From NCBI GenBank assembly GCA_030390025.1, contig CM059440.1:21328001-21392000 (forward strand): a DNA stretch of 64,000 bases, read 5' to 3'. Source of the DNA: Squalus acanthias. Lineage: Eukaryota. Below, in pieces: positions 40,501 to 47,310 of this stretch. The position numbers and the translations under genes are program-made. Each line of letters opens with the position of its first letter. Positions within the stretch are counted from its first letter, which is position 1. Under the pieces are notes generated by a model, which saw only the letters and a program-made list of their open reading frames with translations, was not told the origin of the DNA and made no database searches.

Positions 40501-41918
40501 ACTGCCTGCCACTCGGAAAAAGACCAGTTTATTCCAACTCTTTGCTTCCTGTCTGCCAACCAGTTCTCTATCCAAATCAGTACCTTACCCCCAATCCCAT
40601 GTGCTTTAACTTTGCACGCTAATCGCTTATGCGGGACCTTATCGAAAGCCTTCTGAAAGTCCAAATACACCACATCCACTGGTTCTCCCTTATCTATTCT
40701 ACCAGTTACATCCTCAAAAAATTCCAGTAGATTAGTCAGGCATGATGGCTGAACTTCTACATCAACTCCACTTTCCCGCACTATCCCCATATCCCTTAGT
40801 GCCCAAAAATCGATCGATCTCTGTCTTGAATATATGCATCCACAGCCCTCTGGGGTACAGAATTCCAAAGATTCACACCCTCTGAGTGAAGAAATTTCTC
40901 ATCTGTCCCATCACTTAACCGGTCTATAACACTTTGCAGCCTCCTCACAGCTTACTTTCCCACCTAGCTTTGTATTATCAGCAAACTTGGATATATTACA
41001 CTCTGTCCCCTCATCTAAGTCATTGATATAGATTGTAAATAGCCAACGCCCAAGCACTGATCCTTGCGGTGCTCCACTAGTTACACCCTACCATCCAGAA
41101 AATGACCCTTTATTGCTGCTACTCTGTTTTCTGTCCATTAACCAATTCTCAATCCATGCTAATATATTACCCCCAATCCCATGAGTCCTAATCTTGTGTA
41201 ACAACCTCTTGTGTGGCACCTTATTGAATGTCTTCTGAAAAGATGACCGTAACACCCCACTACCTGCACCGAGGGCTCAATGGATAAATGCACAGCTATG
41301 GGGTGGCACAAAGCCATATCAAGCAGGACAGTCCCAGGTCTCTGCTAAATTAGCTAACCTTATCTGGCACAGAGATGGGGGGGAAGGGGAGAAGTACAAT
41401 TGGTCACAGCACCCCTGAACAAGGGAGGGGAAAAAATCAGCCTACGTTCAATATCCAGTTAACCCTGTGTGGACATGGGGGTTAGAACAATGTCAGGTTT
41501 CGCAGTGATGCGCCCCACAGCCGAACAGCCAGAATTAGACAATGGTAGGTGGTGGGTGAGGAGGGAACAGGGCAAGACAGCTAACAAGAAAACGGATACG
41601 ATGGATAAAGAACAGGGGGCCGGCGAGGAGAACGAACGGGTGAGAGAACTGGGGTGGAGAGGAGCGGGAGGCGGAAAAGGCGAGAGACATGAAGGGGGCG
41701 CGGGTCCAAGGTGCGCTGACACGGCCGGGAGATGAGAGTTCCCCCCACAGGACCGGTTCCGTGAGTGGGGAAGAGGGGCGGAACAGGGCCCGGAGCCTGT
41801 GGTAAACCCAAGAAAACTCGCAGTGAGACGCCCGGCCCCCGCTCACCAGCTCCTCCGGGCTGCGGCCCTCTCTCTCCCCGCAGCAGCAACAACACCGCGG
41901 AACTCGCCTGCTCGCCAT
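1448..41918 (-). CDS. CLCN6: CLCN6 gene span: late-endosomal 2Cl-/H+ exchanger ClC-6, 23 coding exons, 2592 nt CDS, 863 aa
   Basis: Spliced exons translate continuously into a ClC-6 protein with GSGIP, GKEGP (gating Glu), SLEEG (proton Glu), GLFVP, GIYD and two CBS domains. All introns are GT-AG and phases are consistent. Confidence 0.98.
1694..1992 (-). mobile_element. CR1 3' end plus SINE-like fragment
   Basis: (CATAGAAA)n tail and AGGAGTAGGCCATTCGGCCC as in the other CR1 ends in this window. The remainder resembles a shark HE1/V-type SINE (from memory). Confidence 0.6.
2814..2995. repeat. C-rich minisatellite (~20-30 bp, CCCACCCCCGTGCTG..)
   Basis: Visible tandem units. Confidence 0.8.
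3036..3161 (-). CDS. CLCN6: CLCN6 exon 22 (CBS2: [42 protein letters not shown])
   Basis: 126 nt, AG/GTGAGT flanks. Confidence 0.97.
3358..3732 (+). mobile_element. tRNA-derived Deu-type SINE
   Basis: A/B-box-like head (..GGTTCAAGTCCC), core GCAGTACTGAGGGAGTGCTGCA and L2-like tail. Homologous copies occur elsewhere in the window. Confidence 0.7.
4250..4758 (+). mobile_element. Decayed L2-like LINE fragment
   Basis: [14 protein letters not shown] peptide remnant, homologous to the 6815-8600 element. Confidence 0.6.
4637..4716 (+). mobile_element. 5'-truncated family A copy inside an L2 fragment
   Basis: CCTGAAACGTCAACTCT...CTCCACGGATGCTGCCTGGCCTGCTGAG is homologous to 16217-16296. Confidence 0.65.
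4760..5220 (+). mobile_element. Decayed CR1 ORF2 fragment (end of the endonuclease region)
   Basis: PTR..LLDLV..HLGKSDH-like remnant with stop codons. Confidence 0.6.
6815..8610 (-). mobile_element. Decayed L2-like LINE with RT remnants
   Basis: Peptides [39 protein letters not shown] and [10 protein letters not shown] in broken frames. Confidence 0.8.
9014..9121 (-). CDS. CLCN6: CLCN6 exon 21 ([36 protein letters not shown])
   Basis: 108 nt, AG/GTAAGT flanks. Confidence 0.96.
9200..11480 (-). mobile_element. Old CR1-like LINE remnant
   Basis: Degenerate endonuclease (NGKSIRNK) and RT C-terminal remnants with many stop codons. Confidence 0.55.
10471..10676. repeat. Exact 102-bp tandem duplication
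   Basis: Units start at 10471 and 10573. Confidence 0.9.
11815..11971 (-). CDS. CLCN6: CLCN6 exon 20 ([26 protein letters not shown]...YSETHS)
   Basis: 157 nt, AG/GTAAGT flanks. Confidence 0.96.
12474..12976. repeat. ~27-bp minisatellite (CGTCACAGTAACAGCCGACCCCCCCAA)
   Basis: Tandem units with a variable C-run. Confidence 0.92.
13444..13601 (-). CDS. CLCN6: CLCN6 exon 19 ([28 protein letters not shown]...QQMLER)
   Basis: 158 nt, AG/GTCGGT flanks. Confidence 0.95.
13990..14170 (+). mobile_element. SINE 3' fragment
   Basis: Tail homologous to 3630-3730 and 60720-60900. Confidence 0.6.
15320..15522 (+). mobile_element. SINE 3' fragment
   Basis: Same tail family as the 13990-14170 fragment. 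Confidence 0.6.
15822..16008 (-). CDS. CLCN6: CLCN6 exon 18 (CBS1: [11 protein letters not shown]...ISNNIKFK)
   Basis: 187 nt, AG/GTAAAT flanks. Confidence 0.97.
16195..16231 (+). ncRNA. Minimal type-I hammerhead ribozyme motif (family A)
   Basis: AGTT-CTGACGA-A-GGGTC(ATC)GACCT-GAAA-CGT-T-AACT: helix I AGTT/AACT, 5-bp helix II, palindromic helix III ACGT. Confidence 0.75.
16196..16330 (+). mobile_element. 135-bp Penelope-like non-autonomous insertion (family A) with 14-bp TSD
   Basis: Direct repeat AAAATTAGAGGGAA at 16182-16195 and 16331-16344. The insertion begins with the hammerhead motif. Confidence 0.75.
16883..16989 (-). CDS. CLCN6: CLCN6 exon 17 ([35 protein letters not shown])
   Basis: 107 nt, contains the central Tyr motif GIYD. 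Confidence 0.97.
17366..17525 (-). CDS. CLCN6: CLCN6 exon 16 ([14 protein letters not shown]...[13 protein letters not shown])
   Basis: 160 nt, AG/GTATGT flanks. Confidence 0.97.
17790..17943 (-). CDS. CLCN6: CLCN6 exon 15 (GTFSPVTL...[23 protein letters not shown])
   Basis: 154 nt, contains the GLFVP motif. Confidence 0.97.
18230..18455 (-). mobile_element. CR1 3' fragment
   Basis: CATAGGAACAGG..GCCATTCAGCCCCTCGAGCCTG 3'-UTR signature. Confidence 0.65.
18460..18822. repeat. Near-perfect 34-bp minisatellite, ~10.5 copies (GTGGCACCAGACCCCGGTGAGGGGGTCAGCGCCC)
   Basis: Period 34 (units at 18493, 18527, ...). Confidence 0.95.
18885..19011 (-). CDS. CLCN6: CLCN6 exon 14 ([42 protein letters not shown])
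   Basis: 127 nt, AG/GTGAGT flanks. Confidence 0.94.
20020..20372 (+). mobile_element. CR1 3' fragment
   Basis: [17 protein letters not shown] peptide, ends in TCTTATGTTCTT. Confidence 0.85.
20426..20546 (-). CDS. CLCN6: CLCN6 exon 13 ([13 protein letters not shown]...SNNATLQ)
   Basis: 121 nt, AG/GTGAGG flanks. Confidence 0.94.
20588..22117 (+). mobile_element. 5'-truncated CR1 LINE (RT), internally deleted near 21370
   Basis: [34 protein letters not shown] and FADDTKL, with stops and frameshifts. Confidence 0.92.
22684..22850 (-). CDS. CLCN6: CLCN6 exon 12 ([16 protein letters not shown]...[10 protein letters not shown])
   Basis: 167 nt, AG/GTAAGT flanks. Confidence 0.96.
22943..24500. 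repeat. 1.56-kb pyrimidine-rich minisatellite (CTCGCTCCGC(CT)nCn)
   Basis: The + strand is essentially free of A across the array. This is the source of the >500-aa ORFs. Confidence 0.97.
24575..24900 (-). mobile_element. Deu-type SINE
   Basis: Reverse complement of the 3358-3732 family. Confidence 0.7.
25178..25291 (-). CDS. CLCN6: CLCN6 exon 11 ([38 protein letters not shown])
   Basis: 114 nt, AG/GT flanks. Confidence 0.96.
25350..25870. repeat. ~40-bp minisatellite (CCCCCAGCCAAACTACTGCACCGCCCCACACACAGCCCAA)
   Basis: About 13 tandem units filling most of CLCN6 intron 10. Confidence 0.92.
25965..26097 (-). CDS. CLCN6: CLCN6 exon 10 ([45 protein letters not shown])
   Basis: 133 nt, contains the proton-glutamate motif SLEEG. 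Confidence 0.97.
28144..28202 (-). CDS. CLCN6: CLCN6 exon 9 ([19 protein letters not shown])
   Basis: 59 nt, AG/GT flanks. Confidence 0.96.
29170..29237 (-). CDS. CLCN6: CLCN6 exon 8 ([23 protein letters not shown])
   Basis: 68 nt, contains the GKEGP gating-glutamate motif. Confidence 0.97.
30348..30474 (-). CDS. CLCN6: CLCN6 exon 7 ([17 protein letters not shown]...VLFCVAG)
   Basis: 127 nt, contains the GSGIP selectivity motif. Confidence 0.97.
30826..30932 (-). CDS. CLCN6: CLCN6 exon 6 ([36 protein letters not shown])
   Basis: 107 nt, phase fits exon 5, donor GTAAGA. Confidence 0.96.
31270..33230 (-). mobile_element. Decayed CR1-clade LINE of a different subfamily, hosting nested CR1 insertions
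   Basis: [24 protein letters not shown] and FADDCT peptides in broken frames. Confidence 0.8.
31430..32109 (+). mobile_element. Young CR1 3' portion nested in the older LINE
   Basis: Open RT C-terminal frame ([15 protein letters not shown]...RNFFTQ) with a (TTCTATG) tail. Confidence 0.92.
33340..33406 (-). CDS. CLCN6: CLCN6 exon 5 ([22 protein letters not shown])
   Basis: 67 nt, followed by the U12-type donor GTATCCTTT. Confidence 0.95.
33537..33935 (+). mobile_element. Deu-type SINE
   Basis: TGGCTCAG..GGTTCAAGCCCC head and the shared core. Confidence 0.65.
34071..34440 (-). mobile_element. L2 3' fragment
   Basis: [15 protein letters not shown] peptide. Confidence 0.75.
34904..34969 (-). 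CDS. CLCN6: CLCN6 exon 4 ([22 protein letters not shown])
   Basis: 66 nt, AG/GTGAGT flanks. Confidence 0.95.
35104..35277. mobile_element. Older, degenerate palindromic copy of family A
   Basis: Inverted arms CTCAGC..TCAGCATCTGTGGAG..GTTAATGTTTCAGG / CCTGGAATGTTAAC..CTCCACAGATGCTGA..GCTGAG are homologous to 16217-16300. Confidence 0.65.
35960..36390 (-). mobile_element. Deu-type SINE
   Basis: Reverse-complement similarity to 3358-3732. Confidence 0.6.
36795..36860 (-). CDS. CLCN6: CLCN6 exon 3 ([22 protein letters not shown])
   Basis: 66 nt, AG/GT flanks, completes the ESLDY motif. Confidence 0.96.
38115..38174 (-). CDS. CLCN6: CLCN6 exon 2 ([20 protein letters not shown])
   Basis: 60 nt, AG/GT flanks, matches the ClC-6 N-terminus. 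Confidence 0.96.
38785..39190. repeat. Degenerate ~33-40-bp minisatellite (CCCGCTGACCAGGGGCTATAACCCTCC..)
   Basis: Visible tandem units. Confidence 0.8.
39412..41240 (-). mobile_element. Cluster of nested CR1 LINEs (main copy ~39490-40745)
   Basis: RT peptides in ORFs 40299-40868, 39971-40432 and 39575-39946, plus several stacked 3' ends. Confidence 0.9.
41847..41918 (-). CDS. CLCN6: CLCN6 exon 1 coding part ([24 protein letters not shown])
   Basis: ATG at 41918, Cys cluster followed by GERE..PEEL as in ClC-6, donor GTGAGC. Confidence 0.93.
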
Positions 41919-42049
41919 CGCCGCCCCATGTGACCCCGCCCTCCCCACGTGACTGCACCAGCCACCCAAACACGGGTCACGTGCTCGTGATCTGCCAATC
42001 ACCCGAGGGGCGGGGCCGAGCGCCGCGAGCGCGAGCCCGGCTAACGTCA

Positions 42050-42116
42050 CCCGCGTGCTTCCGGATGAATGGATTGTGGGGGACGCGGGAGCGCGCTCAG
42101 GGCATTGGAAGCCAGG
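42050..42116 (+). other. MTHFR: Putative non-coding first exon of MTHFR (start uncertain)
   Basis: CAGG|GTTAGG donor just downstream of the promoter motifs. The first coding exon has an acceptor (TTGCAG, 49440) 10 nt before the ATG, which implies an upstream exon. Confidence 0.4.
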
Positions 42117-42185
42117 GTTAGGTCGCGGGGCCGCGCAGTTCCGCTTCTGTTACCTTTGATGTAAAGTGTCGGACGCATTGGGGAC

Positions 42186-42590
42186 CGGAGAGCTGCCTGT
42201 CTGCTGGTGACCGGGGGCTGTCCTGCTCGGGGCCAGGAACTGTCTGTCTGCTCGGGGTTGCCTGCCTTCTGGGGGCCGGGGGCTGCCTGTCTGCTGGGGG
42301 TTGGGGGTTGTCTGCTGGGGGCCGGAGAGCTACCCGTCTGCTGGGGGCTGCCTGCAGGGAACTGGAAAGCTGCCTGCCTGTCTGCTGGGGGTTGGGGGCT
42401 GCCTGTCTGCTGGGGGTTGGGGGCTGTCTGCTGGGGGCCGGAGAGCTGCCTGTCTGCTGGGGGTTGGGGGCTGCCTGTCTGCTGGGGGCTGCCTGCAGGG
42501 GACTGGAAAGCTGCCTGTCTGCTGGTGACCGGGGGCTGCCTGTTTGCCTGCTGGGGGCTTGGGAGCTGGTTGTCTGCTTGGGGGGGCCGC
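42186..42590. repeat. G-rich minisatellite (GCTGCCTGTCTGCTGGGGG..) next to the promoter
   Basis: Visible tandem units. Confidence 0.85.
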
Positions 42591-42903
42591 CGCTGGCCGA
42601 GCCCATTCATTCGGCCCTGGGTGGGTCTGCATTCTTAATGAGGCTGCGAAGTTGGCTCTGTGCAGGGCAAAGCGATGCGTCTGGAGCCGGGCGAATTTGT
42701 AGATCATTCGGGTGATCACTGGAGCTGGGGATAAATGTGGCGACTCTCTGATTCCACTACTCTGATCCCGTTTTCAAGGAGGCGGTGATTCTATTCCAGC
42801 CAGCAGTGGTAATGGAGTGAGACTCGCGGACATCGGAATTAGGACAGTATCCAGTGTCGGCGTCAAGCGTTTCCAAGTCAACTAACTATTCCACAGGTAG
42901 GTT

Positions 42904-43200
42904 AGAGTAAAGCTCCCACTACACTGTCCCATCAAACACTCCCAGGGCAGCTACAGCACGGGTTAGATACAGAGTAAAGCTCCCTCTACACTGTCCCATC
43001 AAACACTCCCAGGGCAGCTACAGCACGGGTTAGATACAGAGTAAAGCTCCCACTACACTGTCCCATCAAACACTCCCAGGGCAGCTACAGCACGGGTTAG
43101 ATACAGAGTAAAGCTCCCTCTACACTGTCCCATCAAACAGTCCCAGGGCAGGTACAGCACAGGTTAGATACAGAGTAAAGCTCCCTATACAATGCCCCCA
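42904..43200. repeat. 67-bp tandem repeat, ~4.4 copies
   Basis: Units at 42960, 43027, 43094 and 43161. Confidence 0.92.
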
Positions 43201-43279
43201 CAATCTCCTAATTCCAATCTGTGATCACTTGTTTTAGTGCCAGTGTGAATATTTCGGTTTGTGACTTATGAAAAACTCT

Positions 43280-43632
43280 GAAATGTAGTAAACAATGAGG
43301 AGGATAGTAAGACTTCAGGAGGACATAGACAGACTGGTGAAATGGGCAGACACATGGCAGATGAAATTTAATGCAGAGAAGTTTGAAGTGATACATTTTG
43401 GTAGGAAAAATGAGGAGAGGTAATATAAACAAAATGGTACAATTTTAAAGGAGTGCAGGGACAGAGACCTGGGGGTGTATGTACACAAATCTTTGAAGGT
43501 GACAGAACCAGTTGAGAAGGCTGTTAAAAAGGCATAGGGGATCCATGGCTTTATAAATAGAGGAATAGAGTACAAAGTGAGGAAGTTATGCTAAACCTTT
43601 CTAAAACACTGGTTAGGGCCCAGCTGGAGTGC
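43280..43632 (+). mobile_element. CR1 RT fragment
   Basis: WQMKFNAEKFEVIHFG-like remnant. Confidence 0.75.
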
Positions 43633-44629
43633 TGCAAGATTCTGAGATTCATTTCTCACATGATCTGTACTTGTGGGTCTGAGTGTGATTGTGCAGCGGT
43701 TTGTTTTGTGATGTCGCTGCTCAGAAGTAAATTGAGCTTCAAACTTCTTCATTCAGACTCTGGGATTTAGTCCTGCTCTTGGCGCTCTGTCCCGACAGGT
43801 GGTCAAACTCACGAAAATCCAACACAATCTCAGATCGGGGTACTAAATGTTACAGATAATATATTAATATTGTGTGGACCCAGTAATGAAGATCAGAACA
43901 TTACAACAGATGAAAACCGAAACCTTAAAAATATGATTTCCGTGAACCACGCCGATATCGCAAACACTTGTTTTCAGAAGGACGGAGTTAGGTTTAAACT
44001 CACTTGAAGATGTAACCTTCGGTAGTCCGTTAACTAAATATCCACAATGTGATTTCACGGCTGGCGGGGATAAGTCAGTTTATCGGCGCTAACCCGCACC
44101 TCGAGGATTTTCGCTTCTCCGGTAACATTTCTTAGTTACTTTCGCCAGTTTGTAACTTGTATTGTGTGTGAATATCGTTGTATCGAATCTACCTGTAGTT
44201 GAGCACATTTCAAATACCGTTTGAATTGTAACTTTCTCTTTCCTCAAACCACCAACAGGACAAAGTGTTCCATGGAATGAAGGTACTCGGTGTAGAATCA
44301 GAGGTTCATCCTTGGCTACTGGTTCAGATGGGCGATGTTACAATGGCTGCTTTAAATGTTTGGCTGCGAGTCTGGGTGTATCGGCCTTTTTATAAATGGG
44401 AGATCGCTGCCAGGCCGTGGGGCTTGTTACCGGGACAGTCCGATATAAAGGACCGTGTCTCATCCATGCCTTTGTTACTTCTAGACTTGACTATTCCAAC
44501 TCACTCCTGGCTGGCCTCCCACATTCCACCCTATGTAAACTTGAGGTGATCCAAAACTCGGCTGCCCGCGTCCTAACTCGCACCAAGTCCCGTTCACCCA
44601 TCTCCCCTGTGCTCGCTGACCTACATAAG

Positions 44630-44840
44630 CAAAAGTGAGAAGTCGCACAACACCAGGTTATAGTCCAACAGCTTTATTTGAAATCACAAGCTTTCGGAGC
44701 GCTGCTCCTTCGTCAGGTGACGAAGGAGCAGCGCTCCGAAAGCTTGTGATTTCAAATAAAGCTGTTGGACTATAATCTGGTGTTGTGCGACTTCTCACTT
44801 TTGTCCACCCCAGTCCAACACCGGCATCTCCACATCATGG
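44630..44840 (+). mobile_element. Palindromic Penelope-like insertion (family B), 86-bp arms plus 37-bp unique tail
   Basis: Arms 44630-44715 and 44718-44803 with 1 mismatch. Direct repeat CTACATAAGCAA at 44621-44632 and 44841-44852. Inserted in an L2 fragment. Confidence 0.8.
44684..44720 (-). ncRNA. Minimal type-I hammerhead ribozyme motif (family B)
   Basis: Minus strand TCAC-CTGACGA-A-GGAGC(AGC)GCTCC-GAAA-GCT-T-GTGA: helix I TCAC/GTGA, palindromic helix III AGCT. Confidence 0.75.
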
Positions 44841-45409
44841 CTACATAAGCAACGCCTCGATTTCAAAATTCTCATCCTTGTTTTCAAATCCCTCCATGGC
44901 CTCGCACCTCCCTATCTCTATAATCTCCTCCAACCCCACCGAGATATCTGCACTCCTCTAATTCTGCCCTCTCGAGCTTCCCTAGTTATAATCGCTCAAC
45001 CATTGGTGGCCGTGCCTTCTGTTGCCTAGGCCCTAAGCGCTGGAATTCCCTGCCGAAACCTGTCCACCTTGCTTACCTCTCTTTCCTCCTTTAAGATGCT
45101 CCTTAAAACCTACCTCTTTGACCAAGTTTTTGGTCGCCTGCCCTAATTTATCCTTATGTGGCTCGGTGTCAAATTTTTTGTCTTTTAATACTCCTGTGAT
45201 GCGCCTTGGGACATTTTATTACGTTAAAGGCACTATACATACAAGTTGTTGTTGTGTCCTGCGGGCCTGAATCCTTCGTGAGGCAAGAGTGGAGCTGGAG
45301 AGAGAAACATGAGGCTCGTCATTTCCAGTAATTGGTCCTATATTTTGAAGAATTCTGCTACAGAATCAGAGTGAGAGATTAGTATAGATGCCTTTGACCA
45401 AATAATAAC

Positions 45410-45826
45410 GAGATAGGAGTAGGCCATTCGGCCCTTCGGGCCTGCTCCGCCATTTAATAAGATCCTGGCTGATATTCTACCTCAACTCCCCTTTCCTGCA
45501 CTATCCCCATATCCCTTGATTCCCTTCGTATCCAAAAAATCTATCGATCTCAGTCTTGAATATAATCAACGACTGAACATCCACAACTCTCTGGGGTAAA
45601 GAATTCCAAAGTTTCACAATCCTTTGAGTGAAGACATTTCTCCTCATCTCAGTCCTAAATGGCCGACCCCTTATTCTGAGACTGTGACCCCAAGTTCTAG
45701 ACTCCCCAGTCAGGGGAAACATCCTCCCAGCATCTACCCGATCAAGCCTTTAAGAATTGTATATGTTTCAATGAGATCACCTCTCATTCTTGTAAACTCT
45801 AGTGAATATAGGCCTAGTCTACTCAA
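45410..45826 (-). mobile_element. CR1 3' fragment
   Basis: ORF 45501-45722 peptide and 3' UTR signature. Confidence 0.85.
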
Positions 45827-46441
45827 TTAAATATACAAAGTCTGTCCCTATCTGGGATCCAGGTGTATAATAGTTAATCTGTGAAGCCTCCCAGAGGTCC
45901 CTAGGTTCCTTGCTGCATGAATTCACCAGCCATATGTATGAGTTGCAATTCAACAGGGCCAGAAGCACCAATCCAACCAAGGGCACTTTTATTTGGCACT
46001 TTTCTGGAACAGTACTGGTACCAGAAACATGACTGCAAAACCAAGATTCAGGTCCCCTTTAAATCAGGACTGCAGCCTCTGTCATCATAGCTGTTTGTAA
46101 CATACCTGCCTCTTCAGTCAGCAAGTTGTGGGTTTAAATCCCACTCCAGAAGTAAAGTACAACATCTAGGCCGACACCCCAGTGCAGTACTTTTGGATGA
46201 GGCCTTAAAACAAAGCCCTCTTTAGTGGTTCAGCTGGATGTTAAAGATCCGAAGCAGAGTCCTTGTATCCTGGATGGTCTTTTTTCTTGTGATATTTGAT
46301 CTCTCTCTGGCAGATGCTGTAGGGCACCATTTGTTGCCCTTACAAAGTACTGGCCTAAGAGTGAATCTTGTGGTGTGGGATTGGAGTCACATGTAGGCCA
46401 GACCAGGTGGTCTGGCAGGTTCTTTTCACAAGGACATTACT

Positions 46442-46790
46442 ACAACAACAACTTGCATTTCTGTAGCACCTTTAATGTAAAGAAATGTCACAGAGGTGTC
46501 ATTTAAAAAAAATAGACTGAGTCAAATAAGGCGATATGAGGAGGGGTTACCAAAAACCTGGTCAAAGAGGTGGATTTTTCAGGAGAGGAATGTTGAGGGT
46601 TTTAGGGAGGGTATTGCTGAGCATAGGGTCTAGGCAACTGAAGGCATGGCTAGTAATGGTGTGCTGATAGGACAAGGGGTTGCACAAGAGGGTAGTTTCA
46701 GAGGAACCGAGAGTTTGGGTGGGTTGTAGGGCTGGAGGAGGTTACAGAGATGGGAGCAGAGAGGCCACATGAGATGGCAAGATCGATGGG
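46442..46790 (-). mobile_element. L2 3' fragment
   Basis: (CAA)n tail, similar to 34071-34440. Confidence 0.6.
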
Positions 46791-47310
46791 GTGGCTATGA
46801 ATATGGGTCAGAGAATTTATATAGAGGAAGAGATTTATGGAGGACAGTGAATTCAGTGGGAAGAAGACAAGGGGAATTGAGATGGAGATCGAAATCACTG
46901 AGGATGAGCAGTCACGCAGTGCCGATGCTGAACCAGCTGTTTCTTTATTAATAATCCAGCAACTTTTCATGATTAATCTTCTGGTGTCAGCCCACAAATT
47001 ACCAAATTTATTGAATTCAGTTTTACAACTTGCCCTGGTAGAAATCCCACCACCTCTGGGTTACGAGTTCAGGATACCATGAATGTTCATCACTCAACCT
47101 ACACCACTAGAAACATTCAGCTGGTTGTTGATTGTGGGACTTGCTACCCAACAGTGAGAGCCTTTCGAAATGGATTGGTTGTGAAGTACTCCGGGGCGTT
47201 CCGAGGACCCGGTGGGGCCCATGTGTAAATATAAGTTCTATTTGAGAGGGAGCTGAATGGTGACCTGAATGTTGCTGGCACAGTTCAGCAGTGGTACATA
47301 CCCAGCACTC

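Larger units (their letters stand above)
41560..42200. promoter_or_regulatory. CpG-island bidirectional promoter shared by CLCN6 and MTHFR
   Basis: CpG-dense stretch with E-boxes (41927-41934, 41946-41953, 41976-41983), CCAAT (41995-41999), GC box GGGGCGGGGC (42007-42016), CRE-like AACGTCA (42043-42049) and ETS CTTCCGG (42058-42064). It lies between the divergent genes. Confidence 0.85.
44452..45255 (+). mobile_element. L2 3' fragment interrupted by the palindromic insertion
   Basis: [22 protein letters not shown] peptide, ends in (GTT)n. Confidence 0.8.

Noticed and set aside
41847-41929. Out-of-frame upstream ATG (41929) in CLCN6 whose ORF would end at a TG|A formed by the exon 1-2 junction
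   Set aside because: The ATG lies within an E-box and may be upstream of the start site, so this is plausibly coincidental.
42047-42719. Several 130-190 aa ORFs near the promoter
   Set aside because: They are minisatellite translations in multiple frames.
44630-44803. miRNA precursor or MITE interpretation of the long hairpins
   Set aside because: The one-sided tail, 12-13 bp variable TSDs and central hammerhead core fit Penelope-type insertions better than TIR elements or miRNA genes.
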